This document shows, piece after piece, positions 37,296 to 51,429 of a stretch of DNA of 64,000 nt (its first letter is position 1; every line of letters starts with the position of its first letter). The notes under the pieces were generated by a model. It was not told where the DNA came from. It saw only the letters and a list, made by a program, of their open reading frames with translations, and ran no database searches. The stretch comes from Rhynchobatus australiae (lineage: Eukaryota): positions 90,501,038-90,565,037 of the forward strand of contig JAUZTB010000076.1 in the NCBI GenBank assembly GCA_034780895.1, read 5' to 3'. Both the position numbers and the translations under genes were made by a program.

Positions 37296-40269
37296 TCATG
37301 ATATGGTTTAAAACTACATTAATTCTTTAGAAGTTATCCACTGATTATGGTCATAACTTTTAAGCCATTTCCTAATCTACTATTGCTTCATGCCTTTGTA
37401 GTTTATTCAGATTGAAGAATAAAATAAATCCCTTTAGTATTTACATAAAATTCTCTCATTATGATCACTGATCCCAAAAGATTCCCTATCTACAATATCA
37501 ACCAACTTTTCATTACACAGTACTAGATCCAAAATGGTCTGCTTCATCAATGGGCTCTCAGCACAGTGATTTCACACAGTCCATGCTATTCCTTTGTCAC
37601 TGGGTGCCATCCTGGAACTTTCTCCCTCAACAGCAGCAAAGATGTGAAGGGCTGCACATCAAGGCGGCAGCTCACCAACACCTTCAAGTGCAGTTGGGAA
37701 TAGGCAATAAATGCAGGTGTTGCCAGTGACACCAAGATCCTAAAAAAATATATATTTCAAGACTGGACTTTGCTGAAAAATTGTTATGTTTTGTAATTCG
37801 GTCTCACAAAACCCAAGGCAATGTAGCATTTGATAACAGAGGGATTCAAAGCTCTCCAGTTTAAGTACTTATTTCCAAAATTTGGCATCTTGTAACTTCT
37901 GTTCTCAATTTCTTGTTTAACTATCTTTTAAACTCACACTTTCCCAACATCTTCCCTACATCAAGTTAATCCACTTGATTTCTAAGATGTTTCCCCTTGG
38001 TTTGCTGTCCANNNNNNNNNNNNNNNNNNNNNNNNNNNNNNNNNNNNNNNNNNNNNNNNNNNNNNNNNNNNNNNNNNNNNNNNNNNNNNNNNNNNNNNNN
38101 NNNNNNNNNNNNNNNNNNNNNNNNNNNNNNNNNNNNNNNNNNNNNNNNNNNNNNNNNNNNNNNNNNNNNNNNNNNNNNNNNNNNNNNNNNNNNNNNNNNN
38201 NNNNNNNNNNNNNNNNNCCCTGGAAAACTAATTCTAAATACTACTTCTTCAGTTCAATTTAGATCAAAGACAACATTCACTTTCAAAACTATCACCTGGA
38301 AAATAAATCACTCAAATATACAGTTGTGAAATGTGCACATAGTGATTTCATTCCAATATACAAGGAAAATGTATTATTCCTGCAAATGTTTCCTTAATAT
38401 CTGCATGAATAAAAATTTACAATCAAATATCCACATGATCTTAAAAAATAACTTGCTTAAAAAGTTGAACTGCAAGCCCAACATTTCAATACAGGCAACA
38501 CAAGTGTTTCTTCTATAAATGCTAATTGAATCATTTCCATCATGTCATTTCATCTCCATGAAGCCAATTAACCCCCTTACTCAGAAATCATTATTTTCAT
38601 TTTAAAAGCCATTTTTAAATCAAAGGCAAAGTGGCCACATGACAAACTTGAAATTCACAGACTGTCATTATAAATAGCACACCCTGTCAATGATTTGCCC
38701 ACCAATAAACACATCAGCTGAAAATCAATAGTAAAAACATTGTTTCTTGTTTTTTTCTTAATCAGCTGCACAAACAGTTTAGGGATATAAAATAAAGCCA
38801 AAAAAATTATCAACACCACTTCTTACACACATTCCTCTCCAGATACAAGCTCACAGATACCTGGAACTTTACCTATAGTAATCACCCAAAGCCTATTCAA
38901 CTCCAAATAACCAAATTCTTTATTGAAACCAAAATGAAGATGCACAAAAATGAGACTATCCTCCACAGTTCTAAGCACTATAATAAAAAGATATTGTCAT
39001 AGAACATGCAGCTTGCACCAAACCACATAATTAGAAGCTAGCACGGAAGAATCGAGTGAAAAGTTAAAGAAAACATTATTAATAAAAAAAATGTCAAAAT
39101 TTCAAATCCATTATCCATTTAGTTTTTCTTTGAAAACACAAAAGGTTTGAATTATTTCTGCACCCAGTATACCATTTGCATTGTACACAATTTCCCTGGA
39201 TATTGTACAGAGTGTCTATGACAGCAAGACTTTACAAATTACTGATCATGCCTCTATAATAAAAACAGATGCTGGAAACACTTAGCAATCCAGACAGCAT
39301 CCATGGAAAGAGAAAAAGAGTTAACATACACTCTTCTTTAGAATAAAGAATCTGACAAAACATTGTGCATCCAAAATAGTTTCTCTTTCCACAGATGCCA
39401 GTGATGTGCTAAGTATTCCCAGCATTTTCTGTTTATATTTCAGATTTCAAATCTTGTCTCTATGACATCCATAGCTTTAAGAGTAAATTGACTGAATCAG
39501 GAACTCACGCATGTTTGCTCTGTTATAAACCAAGACCATTTTTGTTCAAAAATTTAATTAAAAAGCTAATTATAAAACTTTTAAATTAAATAAAATGAGG
39601 TAGCAGTAAAAACAAAGTTGCCACCCTCACCACACAATGTTTAATGGTCATTGTTGATCATTTGTATAAAGGAATATTTGCTCTATTTCCTACTTAGTCT
39701 CTTGATTATGCTTAAACATTGAGTTTATTTTATCAAAATAGAAATCCAAAATGTAACCATAGAATAAAAATCCTGTAGTTATTTTAAATGGACATTCAGA
39801 AGACACCTACAAGTTAGACGATAGCCACGTTGAAATAACTGAATTTCAAGGTTACATCAATCATTTTCTTACAGACCAGAGTCAGTTTATGGGGATTATG
39901 CTATCTAAACTTTGTTAATTTAAATACTTGAATCTTACGGTTGGATATTATCACATACTAAATGGAAGATTTACGATATTAAACACTGCAAACGTCACCT
40001 TTGGCTGGCAGCTAAGAGGCACACCTGAATGGACAAGTCTTCGAGTTAACTATTCTATTTATATAAACAATAGTTGAATCCAACAAGGTATTATGAACAA
40101 AACCAGCGAAGGAATGGGTGACAGGGTACGAAAGGCAGGTTAGAGACATGAAGGTAAAAGCAGCTCACAGTAAGCAGCTAGGCCAGAGCTCCCAAATCCA
40201 ATTTGCTCACGGGATGTTGACCTTAAGCAGCTTCCAAACTCTTTCTATTTGGTAGGTGAATGATTACGG

Positions 40270-41000
40270 AGAAGCCGGAAGGGCGCTGCTCTCGCCCGCT
40301 GCTTCTTGGTGGCTCTGATAGGTTGGGCTAAGCTTGGAAGAACTAGGCCTCAGAAATTAAATTGACAACCATCACTCTCTGCAACTGGGAAGCAGACTAC
40401 GGCAGCAGCACGGCACTGGACGGGGACGGAAGCAACATTAGGCCGCACTCACTCCACAGCCCTGCTCCAGCCGAGGCCGAGCCGCGGGCCCGACACTTCC
40501 TCACAGTCCAGCCAACTTCAAGCCTCGCACCGCAGGCCTCACCTCGGGATCCCGCAGCCCACAAGCCGGCCTCACATGGCTGTACTGTATGTTACACGGG
40601 AGAAGGGAGGGTTATCTCAGCAACCGAGCTCCCATTTTCTTTCCTGAAACCGTTCCCTCAGTTTCATCCAGTCGGCGCAGCTCCGCCCCGTGCACCTTCT
40701 TTCCCACAGCCCGACGTCATGGCATAGCCCCGCCCATGACGCGCGCAGCGGACCGCCCACCGTTACGTCACACTCCAGCCCCGCCTCCCACACACCCACC
40801 AGTGGCGTCGTGCCGCGTCCCCGAGCAATACTCCCCCCCCCCCCGCTGCATGTGACGTCACGAAAACCGCCCGCCCAGAGCGCGGACAACTCCGCCCTGC
40901 CCTTCATTCTGAGCAGCCCCGTTCCCCTTCCAACGGCTGTCGACGCGCCCTCATCCCACTAAGTGGAGGTTTTCGGCTTTCCAGGAATGGGCCTGAAGTC
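40270..41000 (-). promoter_or_regulatory. CpG-island promoter of AFTPH with GC boxes and CRE/ATF sites
   Basis: Sharp rise in GC and CpG against a CpG-depleted background. Several CCGCCC boxes, palindromic GTGACGTCAC at 40852-40861, TTACGTCA at 40763-40770 and CGACGTCA at 40712-40719. Confidence 0.85.
40543..40720 (-). other. AFTPH: Probable non-coding first exon (5' UTR) of AFTPH
   Basis: Lies in the only CpG island, with a good donor CCCGAG|gtgagg at 40543. The coding exon begins with an acceptor 25 nt before its ATG, so an upstream exon is required. The 5' boundary is approximate. Confidence 0.65.
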
Positions 41001-42674
41001 TCCAAGATATTAGGCAGAGAAATGCTGTTTATTTCTGCCATCCAACGCAAACGAGAAAGTCAGAACAGGCGACGCAAGAGGTTCTGCAGATGCTGGAATC
41101 TGGAGCAACACGCATCAAGTGCTGGAGGAACTCAGCAGGTCAGGCAGCATCTGTGCAGGGAAATGAGCAGTCGTCGTTTCGGGTCGAGAACCTTCATCAA
41201 AATAGTTTGTTTACTGTGATGCCTTCTGAATCAAACTTCTTAATTCTTTAAGTGATGAGAATTCCAGCAGACTGGCAGACAGAGGGGAACCATTTCCTTT
41301 GTTGGTTGTGTTCACTAAAAGTGGACATAACCTTAAAATTTAGTACTAAACAGTTTGGGACTATTGTGAGGAAACCCACTAGTGCGCAAGAGTCATGGAA
41401 ATCTGGAAGTCTCACTCCCTAACAACTGTTAAGACTGGGTAGTCAGACAGTTTGATACCAATGTAGAGGGCTATGGAATGAAGTTTGAGATGGGCCACAA
41501 TCTAACTGAATGGCAGAAGAGTCAGGAGGAGATGAATGGCTTACTCCTCCTCCCCATGTTCTGCCTTCATTCTTATGCTTTCTCACAAGCCAGCAGTATA
41601 TTCATTGAATTGCACCAAAGACTGAGAATGGAACAGTGTGGAAAACTGCCCATCATGTTTGAGTGACTGAACTGATCGAGATCTCCAGAACATTAGATAA
41701 CACTAAATATAATGTAAGGGTTGCAGTAAAGTCACTGTGTACCTAGTGGTTCAGCTTGAACCCAAGGCAAATAATCTGCTTCATTTGAATACATTCAAGC
41801 ACTTAGACAGAAGAAGAAGAAGAAGAATGAGAAAATGGTGTTTACGAGGAGATCCATCTTCTTCTCACAGAATATGCCACGGATGGAAGAAACAAATACT
41901 TATACCTCCCCTTGTCCAAAAGTGGAATAATATCAATTTTGATCAGGAACCAAGTCGCTTTAATCCAGCAGACAAATGAAGAAAAGCACCCAACCTTATA
42001 GTAACAAAATAAAATTATTATAAATGGCCAAATCAAGGAGGAGAGATCATTAGTATAGGACACTCACAACAGTGAAGGAAGATGAGAGAAAGTATTGCTT
42101 GATTGAAAAGAAAAAAAACGCAGCAAAATCACCAAGGATTGACATAGAGTAAAAGGGTTGACAAACAAAGTTTGCAGATTTTAGCATTTAGCAAAAGAAC
42201 AAGAGGAAAACCGAGAAGAATACGTTCATCTGAATTTTACACTACACGTCGTTCCTCATGTAAACTTGGCTGATGTTCCCAGAGTGACAGAATCATGGAA
42301 CAATTACAATGGTGAAGGAAGCCATTCGCTCATCAAGCCCATGCCAGCTGTCTGTAGAAGCAATCTAGTCAATCTTAATACCCAGCTTGTTCCCCTGGAA
42401 TTATTTGTCTCTCAAGTATCTATACAAAGCCCTTGTGAACAACTGAAGATAAATCCTTAAATCCTCTTCCACCTCTATTTCAGGCAATAAATGCCAAATC
42501 ATGATTACATGCTGTGTGTAAAAAAAAAAACAGTTCTGACCCATAGTTCTTTTGCCGGTCATCTAAAATCTGTGTCCTTGTATTTGTGATACTTCACTTG
42601 GTCTAGCTACTTAATGGTTTTGAACACTTAAATCAAATTGCTTTTCATTGTCCTCTTCTCCAAGGAGACCATTG

Positions 42675-42985
42675 GGGAGGCACTGCGGCACAGCTGGTAG
42701 AGCTTGCTGCCTAACAGTTCCTCAAATCCCATTTCAATCCTGACCTCCGGTGTCACCTGCGTGGAGTTTGCATATTTTCCTTGTGACTGAGCGGGTTGGA
42801 AAGTAATTGGCTCCTGTAAATTACCCCTTATAAGTAGGTGAGAGGTAGAATCTGGGAAGGAGTTGATGGGAATATGGTGAAAATAAAATGGGTTAGTGTT
42901 GGATTTGTGTAAAAATGGATGGTTGATGGTAGGCACAGACTCTGCGGGCCGAAGGGCCTATTTTCATGCTATAACTCTATAACTA
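42675..42985 (+). mobile_element. V-SINE-type element with CR1-like tail
   Basis: tRNA-like head, gtggagtttgca, tgtaaattacccct and gggccgaagggcct tail. Confidence 0.7.
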
Positions 42986-43559
42986 TAGAACAGTCCCTAT
43001 TTCTCCAGGGAGGCAGTAATCAGAGGAATGCTATATTCAGTATTCAAAGGAATAAAACTTTACAGATAGGAAGCAATGAACTGTGATGTAAGGTATTAAT
43101 ATGTAGATTGGACTGTTGATGTGTGTCTATGAAGATGATATTAAAATTATTTTAAATGCTCTTCACAGCATTTGAGGTAATATTTATAGAGCTTGTTCTT
43201 CAATAGATTAAGGCCAAGTTAGTTTTGAGAAAGTTAGCACAAGGTCTGTTATAAAACTAATGATGATATTTGCAAGTTATATGAAAACAAATGCAGAAAC
43301 TTTCATTTTATTCAATTCTTAGATGCAATAAAATCAAACTTTTTGTTTTTAAATCAGCCTCCACCCCTTCCTTGCTACAACAATCCAGGACTCCCTCAGT
43401 AAAGTACCAGTGACAAGGCTGCACTTCCTCTTGACTGAAACTCCAGCAGGGTAGAGTTCCTTTAGCCAAAAATAAACAGCTGGAATAACTCAATAGGTAG
43501 TTGAGTTCCTCCGGTAGTCTACTTTTTGCTGTGGATTCCAGCATCTGCAGTCTCTAGAA

Positions 43560-44100
43560 TTCCTTAAGTACTGCCTCTCCAAGTCCTTGCACAGTACTGC
43601 ACATCCAACATGCAGCACTAATCAGTACAGCCCTCCAATATATCAAAATAGTCAATGTTTAATATGTTGGTTTGTTTAAAATCCCATTTAGGTATTAGAT
43701 TGCAGTTATCAAACAATTCTGACACCAAGCCTCACAAAGGTATTTGAACCCAGATCCAAAAGCCTATTAGGCGGGGCAGTCCTGTACTGTCTATCCAACA
43801 GTAGAGAGCTCCCTGAGTCNNNNNNNNCCAACTGTATGTTGTAACCGCAGTACAATATCTCGAAAAATGCAATACTTCCTCAGGACAAAGCCTCCAACAG
43901 TGCAGAGCTCCCTCATTACTAACCCTGTAATAGTGCAGCCCTCCTTCAGTAAATAATCTGCAAAATGCAACTTTAGTCAGTATTACATCTCCCACAATAC
44001 GACACTCCCTCTGTACTAAAGCTTTGAAAATACAATACAATGCAGCAGTCTCTGAATACTGCCTCCCTGACAGTACATTGCTTTCTCTGCATTGCTGCTA
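43560..44100. repeat. Degenerate minisatellite (cagtgcagcactccctcagtact-like unit)
   Basis: Recurrent acagtgcag/ctccct/cagtac units; a similar tract lies at 50250-50440. Confidence 0.55.
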
Positions 44101-44744
44101 CAACAGAACAAGTTAGGGTGCTAGTATATAAATATTAAATTGAGCTTTAGTGTAAGAATTGTAATTGATTAAAAACTTTATTGAAGGCATTAAAATCAAC
44201 AATGAATAACATTTTGATTGTTTTAGATCAGTCTTTTTTTTTGACCTCAGCCTTCAGATGCCTTTGGTGCTGCTGCTTTTCCCTTGTGGTATGGTGGAGT
44301 TGCCAAACTGTAAATATTTGTGGTTAATTAGTTTGTGGATTTCTTGGTCAACTCCAAGACAACAGGAGACACAGAATTTTCACAGTAAAAAGGAAACTGC
44401 TGGATCAATGCACGGTAGTGTAGCAGTTAGCATAACACTATTACATCGCCAGCAACCCAGGTTCAGTTCTGCAGCTGTCTGTAAGGAATCTGTATGTTCT
44501 CACCATGTCTGCATAGGTTTCCTCCCACATTCCAAAGACATACTGGTTAGGAGCTCTTCACACCTGCTACTATTAGGGAGACTCTTCACACCTGCTAATT
44601 ATTAGGGAGTCAGGACAGTCCAGAGGCTGTGAAATCTCTTCCAGGATATGGTCCTGATGCAGGGTTTCACACGAAATGTCAACTATTCCTTTGCCTCCAC
44701 AGATGCTGCTTGACCCATTGATATATAAGATATTAATATATTTA

Positions 44745-45030
44745 TTTATTAGTCACACGTGCATCGAAACACGCAGTGAAATGCATCTTTTTGCGTTACT
44801 GAGAATGTGCTGGGGGCAGCCCATAAGTGTTGCCACTCTTCCAGCACCAATATAGCTTGCCTACATCTCCTAATCCGTACGTCTTTGGAATGTGGTAGGA
44901 AACCGGAACACCTGGAGGAAACCCATGCAGACATGGTAAGAACTTACAAACTCCTTACAGACAGCTGCAGAATTGAACCCGGGTTGCTTGCACTGTAACA
45001 GCGTTATGCTAACTGCTACGCTACCATGCA
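44745..45030 (-). mobile_element. V-SINE
   Basis: Reverse-complement V domain (gtggtaggaaaccggaacacctggaggaaacccatgcagac) and tRNA-like head. Confidence 0.85.
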
Positions 45031-45334
45031 TTGACACAGCAGATTCCTTTTTACTGTGAAAATTCTGTGTCTTCTGTTGTCTTGGAGTTGTCGGGTCATC
45101 TGTGAGGGAGACGCAAGAGACTGCAGATGCTCAAAACTGTAGCACAAACAATCTGCTGGAGGAACAGCGGGTTAAGCAGCAGCTGTGGTGGGGAGGAATA
45201 TGTTTCTGGTCAAAACCCTGCATCAGTATTCTATTCCATTCAAATAGAGCTACCTTTGCACGGTCCTTGAGATCCTCAACATTGATTTTCTTATGACGTT
45301 TCAGCTGCCACCATACTTTTGGGGTTGGGTTTGG

Positions 45335-45660
45335 GTGACATGGTAGTGCAGCAATTATTGCTGCTTCCACACAGCTCCAGCAACTTGGGTTTGATCCTGA
45401 CTTCCAGTACTGCCTGTGTGAAGTTTGTGCTTTCTCCCTGAGACTGAGTGGGTTTCCCTTGGTCCTTCAGTTTCCTCCCACATCCCGTAGATTAGTGGGT
45501 TGATAGGTTAATACCCCACTGTAAATTGTCCCTAGTGCATTGGTAAGTGGTGGAATTTGGGGGGCAGTTGATGTGAATGTGGGGAGAATGGGTTACTGGG
45601 AAAATGGTGGGGGGTTGGGATATAAACTGGCATAGACTCAATGGGCCAGAATGACTGAAA
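45335..45660 (+). mobile_element. V-SINE-type element
   Basis: Head ggtagtgcagc..gggtttgatcctg, degenerate V domain and tgtaaattgtccctagtg. Confidence 0.7.
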
Positions 45661-46789
45661 ATAAGGAGGTAACAGGTGAATTAGACTATGGCCAAACCAA
45701 CTGTCTTTATTACCTATGGTGGCACAAGTGATGTGGACATCTTTACAATCTCTCATTCTGATAATGATATAATCTAAGAGGATCAAGTTATTGCCACTCT
45801 GCCTTGACAGGGCTTTGATGAGACCTCACCTGGATGTGGTTTATTGGGGTATAAATAGTTTATTTCATCCAATTGGTTATTGGATGAGGGTGAAAGAGTT
45901 GAATGGAGGAAAGTTGATTCAACCATGATATCATTGAATGGCAGAGCAGGCTCGAGGGGGCCTTGGTCTTTTCCTGTTCTTATAATGATCTTGCTGTCTT
46001 CAAAATCTATGTGAACTTTCTGGTATAACTTCTGATACATTGTTCGATAAGCCACTGTTAGTTGGGTATTGTTAGCCTTCAAAAAAGATTTGGCAGAAAC
46101 TCAATCCTGTTTACTCACATAACTAAACAGCANNNNNNNNNNNNNNNNNNNNNNNNNNNNNNNNNNNNNNNNNNNNNNNNNNNNNNNNNNNNNNNNNNNN
46201 NNNNNNNNNNNNNNNNNNNNNNNNNNNNNNNNCTGTTTACTCACATAACTAAACAGCAATTGGAGAAGAACCAGAAGACACGACATTGGCAAGATAAAGT
46301 CCAAGTGAAAGAAGAATGAGATTGTCTATACAATAATGGCCGGTGATGGATGTAGAAGATATATTGGTAAACTTGAAAAGTAGGAGAGGTTTGAGCAGTT
46401 TGCTCTGTGCTTGGATTGGATTGAGGTGTGCCTGAGAGCAAAGTACATAGTTGACCTCCCAGAGAACAAAGCAACCCTTTCACTATGTGAAAATAGTAGT
46501 ATTAATACTGGTAAATGGCTGGAAATGTACAAGACACTGTTGGTTTATTAGATTCATGAACTACATGGAAATTGAGAGAATTTTAATAAGACATTTTAAT
46601 CCAGAGTGCAAACGGGGACTAGGAGAGACATTGGGAGAATATATCATATTGAAGGTATAAGCTAAAAGATGCAATTTTCAGACTCTGTTAGATTAACTGC
46701 CGTGGTCTCATTTGAGGAGCAGGTTGTCAGAAGAAAGAATTGCATGAGAGCAGATGTCAGCCTTTTGGCTCCTCAATCCTGTTTTGTCA

Positions 46790-47530
46790 TTAAACAAATG
46801 TGTGGCGATGTTGCTATTTCAACACCATTTTCCTGCCTTATCCCTACATCTCTCGATTCCTCTAATAGCCAGAAATCTATCACATCTGAGTTTTGAATTA
46901 TATCAATGACAGACCCTCCACCTCTCTCCCATGTAAAGAATTCCAAAGATTTACCACACTTATAAGTAAAGGAATTTCAATAACTACCTTACCCCATTGA
47001 TATTGACCACTAGTTCACTTCTCCTCAGCCAGAGAAAACATACTTCCTGTATCTAGTTGGTCGAGCCCTCTAAGAATTTTGTACATTTTAATTAGATCAC
47101 CTCTCATTCATCTAAACTCTGAAGAATATAGGCCTCATCTACTGAATCTCTCCTCATGACAGACCTGCCATCCCACCACTCCCTCTATTGAAAGTATATC
47201 CTTTTCTTAGGTAAAGAGAACAAAACTATACACAATATTTGCTGGTGTGGATTCACAAGGCTCTATAATTGTGAGAAAATATGTTTACTCTTGAACTCAA
47301 ATCCTCTTGCAATAAAGACCAGCATACCATTTGCCTTCCTAACACCCTGCTGCATGTGTATATTAGCTTTCAGTGACTTGTGTACAATTACACCCCAATC
47401 CCTTTGAACATCATTGCTTCCCAATCTCTCACCATTACAAACATACTCACTATTTGTTTTTACTACAAAAGCGGATAACCTCATATTTTACAACATTATA
47501 CCTTATCTACCTGCAGTTGCCCACTCACCC
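46790..47530 (-). mobile_element. CR1 LINE 3' portion
   Basis: DVQRDWGVIVHKSLKAN..QQGVRKANGMLVFIARGFEFKSK motif. Confidence 0.85.
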
Positions 47531-50500
47531 AGTTGACGTTGGTGAGCAGGACATTGATGAGGGAATGTTTGACAATCATGAAGTCATGAGGGAAGAATTT
47601 GATACAATTGCAGATTTTGTGATCAGTCTTGATTTGGGGAGGAGAGTCAGATGGAATTATAGTGAAGGATCGATCCGGGTGGTTGTAATAAAATGAAGAA
47701 AGCAGAGGAAGTTTGTGATGGTCAAAGAGAAAGTGGAAAATAGATCATTCAATTAGCAAATACCCAAATTAGCTTTTTAAATTCTATCAATACTGCAAAA
47801 TAACTTTGCACCTCTGACCATGCGATAATCTGTGACCGAAAAAGATTTTATCCTGCATTGAGACTGAAGTGTAAATTCTTTGTTTAAAGTTTGAATTTGA
47901 TTCAAATGATGTTAATATTTTTGATATCACTGTTAATATGCATATGTTTTTTCTATGTTGTGAATGAAATGTTGTATTTGATTCTGTGTTTGGTGACCAA
48001 TAGCGCAAACCTGGGCCCAATTCATTCTCAGATTGAAAATAAAAAATGAGGCCCCCTTTGATGTCTTGGTGAATAAATGCAATGAGCTTTTTGTCAGTGC
48101 ACCTCACAGTTCGCAAAAGCCAAGTGTGTGAAATCTCTGGTGCATGTAAGGGCGGGGATGGAAGTGCTGCTAGGTCTCAAAGTATCTTATTGTCATGGTT
48201 CTGAGTTCTGGCCCTCAATTTGGCTCCGTTAATGCCTTGTTGTCCAGTACATGGATTCCATGCCGGACTGATTACATAACAATACACACCTGAGCCTCAT
48301 CAGGGGCCTAGCATAAGTACCTGTGTTTCTCTGGCACTAGTTGCCAGAGTATTGGTCTACCTTTGGCTCCTAGTNNNNNNNNNNNNNNNNNNNNNNNNNN
48401 NNNNNNNNNNNNNNNNNNNNNNNNNNNNNNNNNNNNNNNNNNNNNNNNNNNNNNNNNNNNNNNNNNNNNNNNNNNNNNNNNNNNNNNNNNNNNNNNNNNN
48501 NNNNNNNNNNNNNNNNNNNNNNNNNNNNNNCAATGAGAAATTTGGAATCTGCGAGATTTTGTTGTGACTCAGTGTAGCACCCAGGTGAGCTGGGTTCTTG
48601 TGTATTTATTTTATCATCTGTATTTTGTTTTAATTAACACTTTTTCCTTCTATGTGACCCATGCCGTGCATAATTCTCTGAGTAATAGCACAGGAATGTT
48701 ATCATAACTGCAAAACCTACATTTTCCCCAAATAATTTTATTTTGTTGCCATAAATCTCTTCCTCTTTCTGCTCCTTTAAGGTTCCCTTAAAATCTCTCA
48801 CCTGTTCTAATATCGCTACATGTTTCAGTAATAATTTTTGTTTATTAACCTCCTGTGTAGTACCTTGGGACATTTTACTGTGCTACAGGTGATGTGTAGG
48901 TTTCTGTCATTGATTATTCAGCAATTAAAAAATCAGTAACCCTGCAGATTCTATACCATTGCACAATCTTTCACATTAGGAAGGGTTATAAGTTGCCAGG
49001 GTTTCCATGGTGAAGTCACAGGAGACAGGAAAGAAGGATCTTAGTATTAGGATGGCATTCTGCCTAGCAGAAGGCAACATAAGAAGTAGGAGCAGGAGCC
49101 TACTCATTCATAAGTTCAATGTTGATCTTAAATCTCATCACTGCTCCTCATTTTCCCTGTTTCTCTAAGTGATCAAAAGTTTTAATGATCTAAGTCTTGA
49201 ACATACTCATGGACTGAGGACCTATAAGCCGCACTGTATGTAAGAAAAAAATACTCATTTCAGTCCAAAGTGGCTGACCCCTATATTGAGGCTTCTTGTC
49301 CAAACATTTTCAAAGCTGCAAGCTTAGTCACTTCTAAAATCTGTAGGAATCTAACACTTGCCACATGAAATAACTGTCCAACAAACATCGGGAACACTTG
49401 CCCAGTGAGTAGATAATTAAAGGTGCAATTACTTGATGTTTTATGGGAATAATGGAGGAAGTTTCCCAGAATAGCAGTTTGTTCTTTGTTTCTTAAACTG
49501 ATCTAGGGAGATAGGGATATTGGTGGTCATCTTGATACTACTCAGTGGTTGGATAAACCAGAATAGGTGCCCCATGAACAACTTTCATTCAGCTAAATTG
49601 GTTGGAATCTATGGGGAAAGTAGTGTAGGTGGTAGAGAACTGTGAGTTAACTCAGTGTAGGTGGGCAACGATATACAACATGCATACCAATTTCTTTGCA
49701 ATTCAGCAAGCAATTCAAACAGTTCTATAGAATGGAGACCAAGAAATTACTGATGCCATTCTGTACAGTTCATAGCGGAAATAAAATACTGCTGCACTAA
49801 ATAATTTACATACTATGGAACAGTGGAGCACCTTCTTCTCTGAGTATCTCATCTGTCACCATGATAATCGCAAATTTACATTAGTCAAAGAGTGCAAAAC
49901 AAAACAAACTCTGCCACAGCACAAAGTAAAGAGACATTCTGTTCTGAATGGCACAATATGAAACCAAAAAGCAACTGTTGTCGTAGACATTGTTTCATTG
50001 CAATTTGTCGATTATACACTAAAGATAAATAAGGGAGTTGCATTTTTATACCACCCTACATGACTCATAATGTTTCTTAGTGCTTTGCAAACAATGAAGT
50101 ACTTTTGAACTGTTGAAATAATTGTAGCACCCTATCTGTACACAGCAAGCATGGAGGAATAAATATTGGTCAGGACACCAGGAAGAATAACCCTACTGAT
50201 CTTCAAAATAGTGCTATTCAATCTTTACATTAGCCTGAGAAAAAAAGTGTAGTGATCCCTCTGCCAGTTTCTTGCTTCTCGAAAAGTGAAGAATTCCTTC
50301 TGTGGACCCTCTTTGGTAGGGCAGCACTTCCTCTGTACTGACCTTCCAACTGTGCAGTGCTCCATTAGCACTGCTCCTCAGACAGTCTGGGTTTCCCTCA
50401 GTTCTCTTGATCCAATAACACAGCATTCCCTCAGCATTGTCACAGAGTAGTAGCTTGGGGGACAAATGGAAAAAGCCATACAACTTCCCAGAAACTATCC

Positions 50501-51429
50501 AACAATATCTCACCTTCATGAATGTCATTGCCAGCCAGGAATTTCTCAAGGCTTTGGTGATTCCATGGAGCTGCAGATCCAATGGTCACATTTTCCAGTG
50601 GAGGTATCAGTAGATTTATGCTAGCTGAGGGCATTAAGTCATATGGGATCCCAGAGAAGTGGATGGAGTTAGGTTACAGATCACCTAATAGACCATTATA
50701 GGCTGAAAGGGCTGCATGGCCTCCTTCTGTTCTTATGTTTATTAAGCCTCTTTTTTGTTGTCAAGATCTTTTGTTGTCAAGACCCTGATTTCACTCCTTC
50801 TTATAAAGCTCTTGACCCATTTTGTGCAGGGCTCCTAGCAAACTTTCCATGGCCATCAGGCACCAATTTTTCCTCAGAACCTCTTGCCTCGAGTGGGTGG
50901 GAAGCAAAACCCATGGTGTCCATCAGTTTCTAAGAGTAAAAGCTAAAGTTTCAGCTTAATAAGTGCTTTAATTAATTTATTTTAAATATCTGTACATTAT
51001 TGCTTAAGGTGAAGAGATTTTTCTTTTCCCACACCTTGCTTTTTACCATGTCTTACCCTCACAGACCTCTTCAGCTCCACTGGAATACTCACCCAAATTC
51101 TGGAAGTGTCAGCAGACATGGCAGAACAGGACTTACAACAATTCCCACTCTCATTTCCTCCAAAACCACCTGCACACAAAGGCCATGGAACATTATGGAA
51201 AATGTGGGCTTGAAGATCTGCATGGAAACAAAATATATTTGAAAAATGGACTGATTGGGAACCAGTGGGAACATCCCCGTTGTACTGAGATGTAATTATT
51301 CACAGAAAATGTACTCTATCCTGAATGTATCCTTGCCAAAACTTCATTTACTTATCCATCAATCTACAGAAGTAGGCAGAGTAGGTTTCCTCAAAGTGCA
51401 GACAATAATGAATTAGAGACTTCCTGACT

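Noticed and set aside
40362-40962. Several 90-120 aa ORFs in the CpG island
   Set aside because: Expected from stop-codon scarcity in GC-rich DNA; no recognisable protein.
43560-44100. Regularly recurring motif resembling a CRISPR-like array
   Set aside because: Units are degenerate with no constant repeat and unique spacer pattern; the context is a eukaryotic minisatellite.
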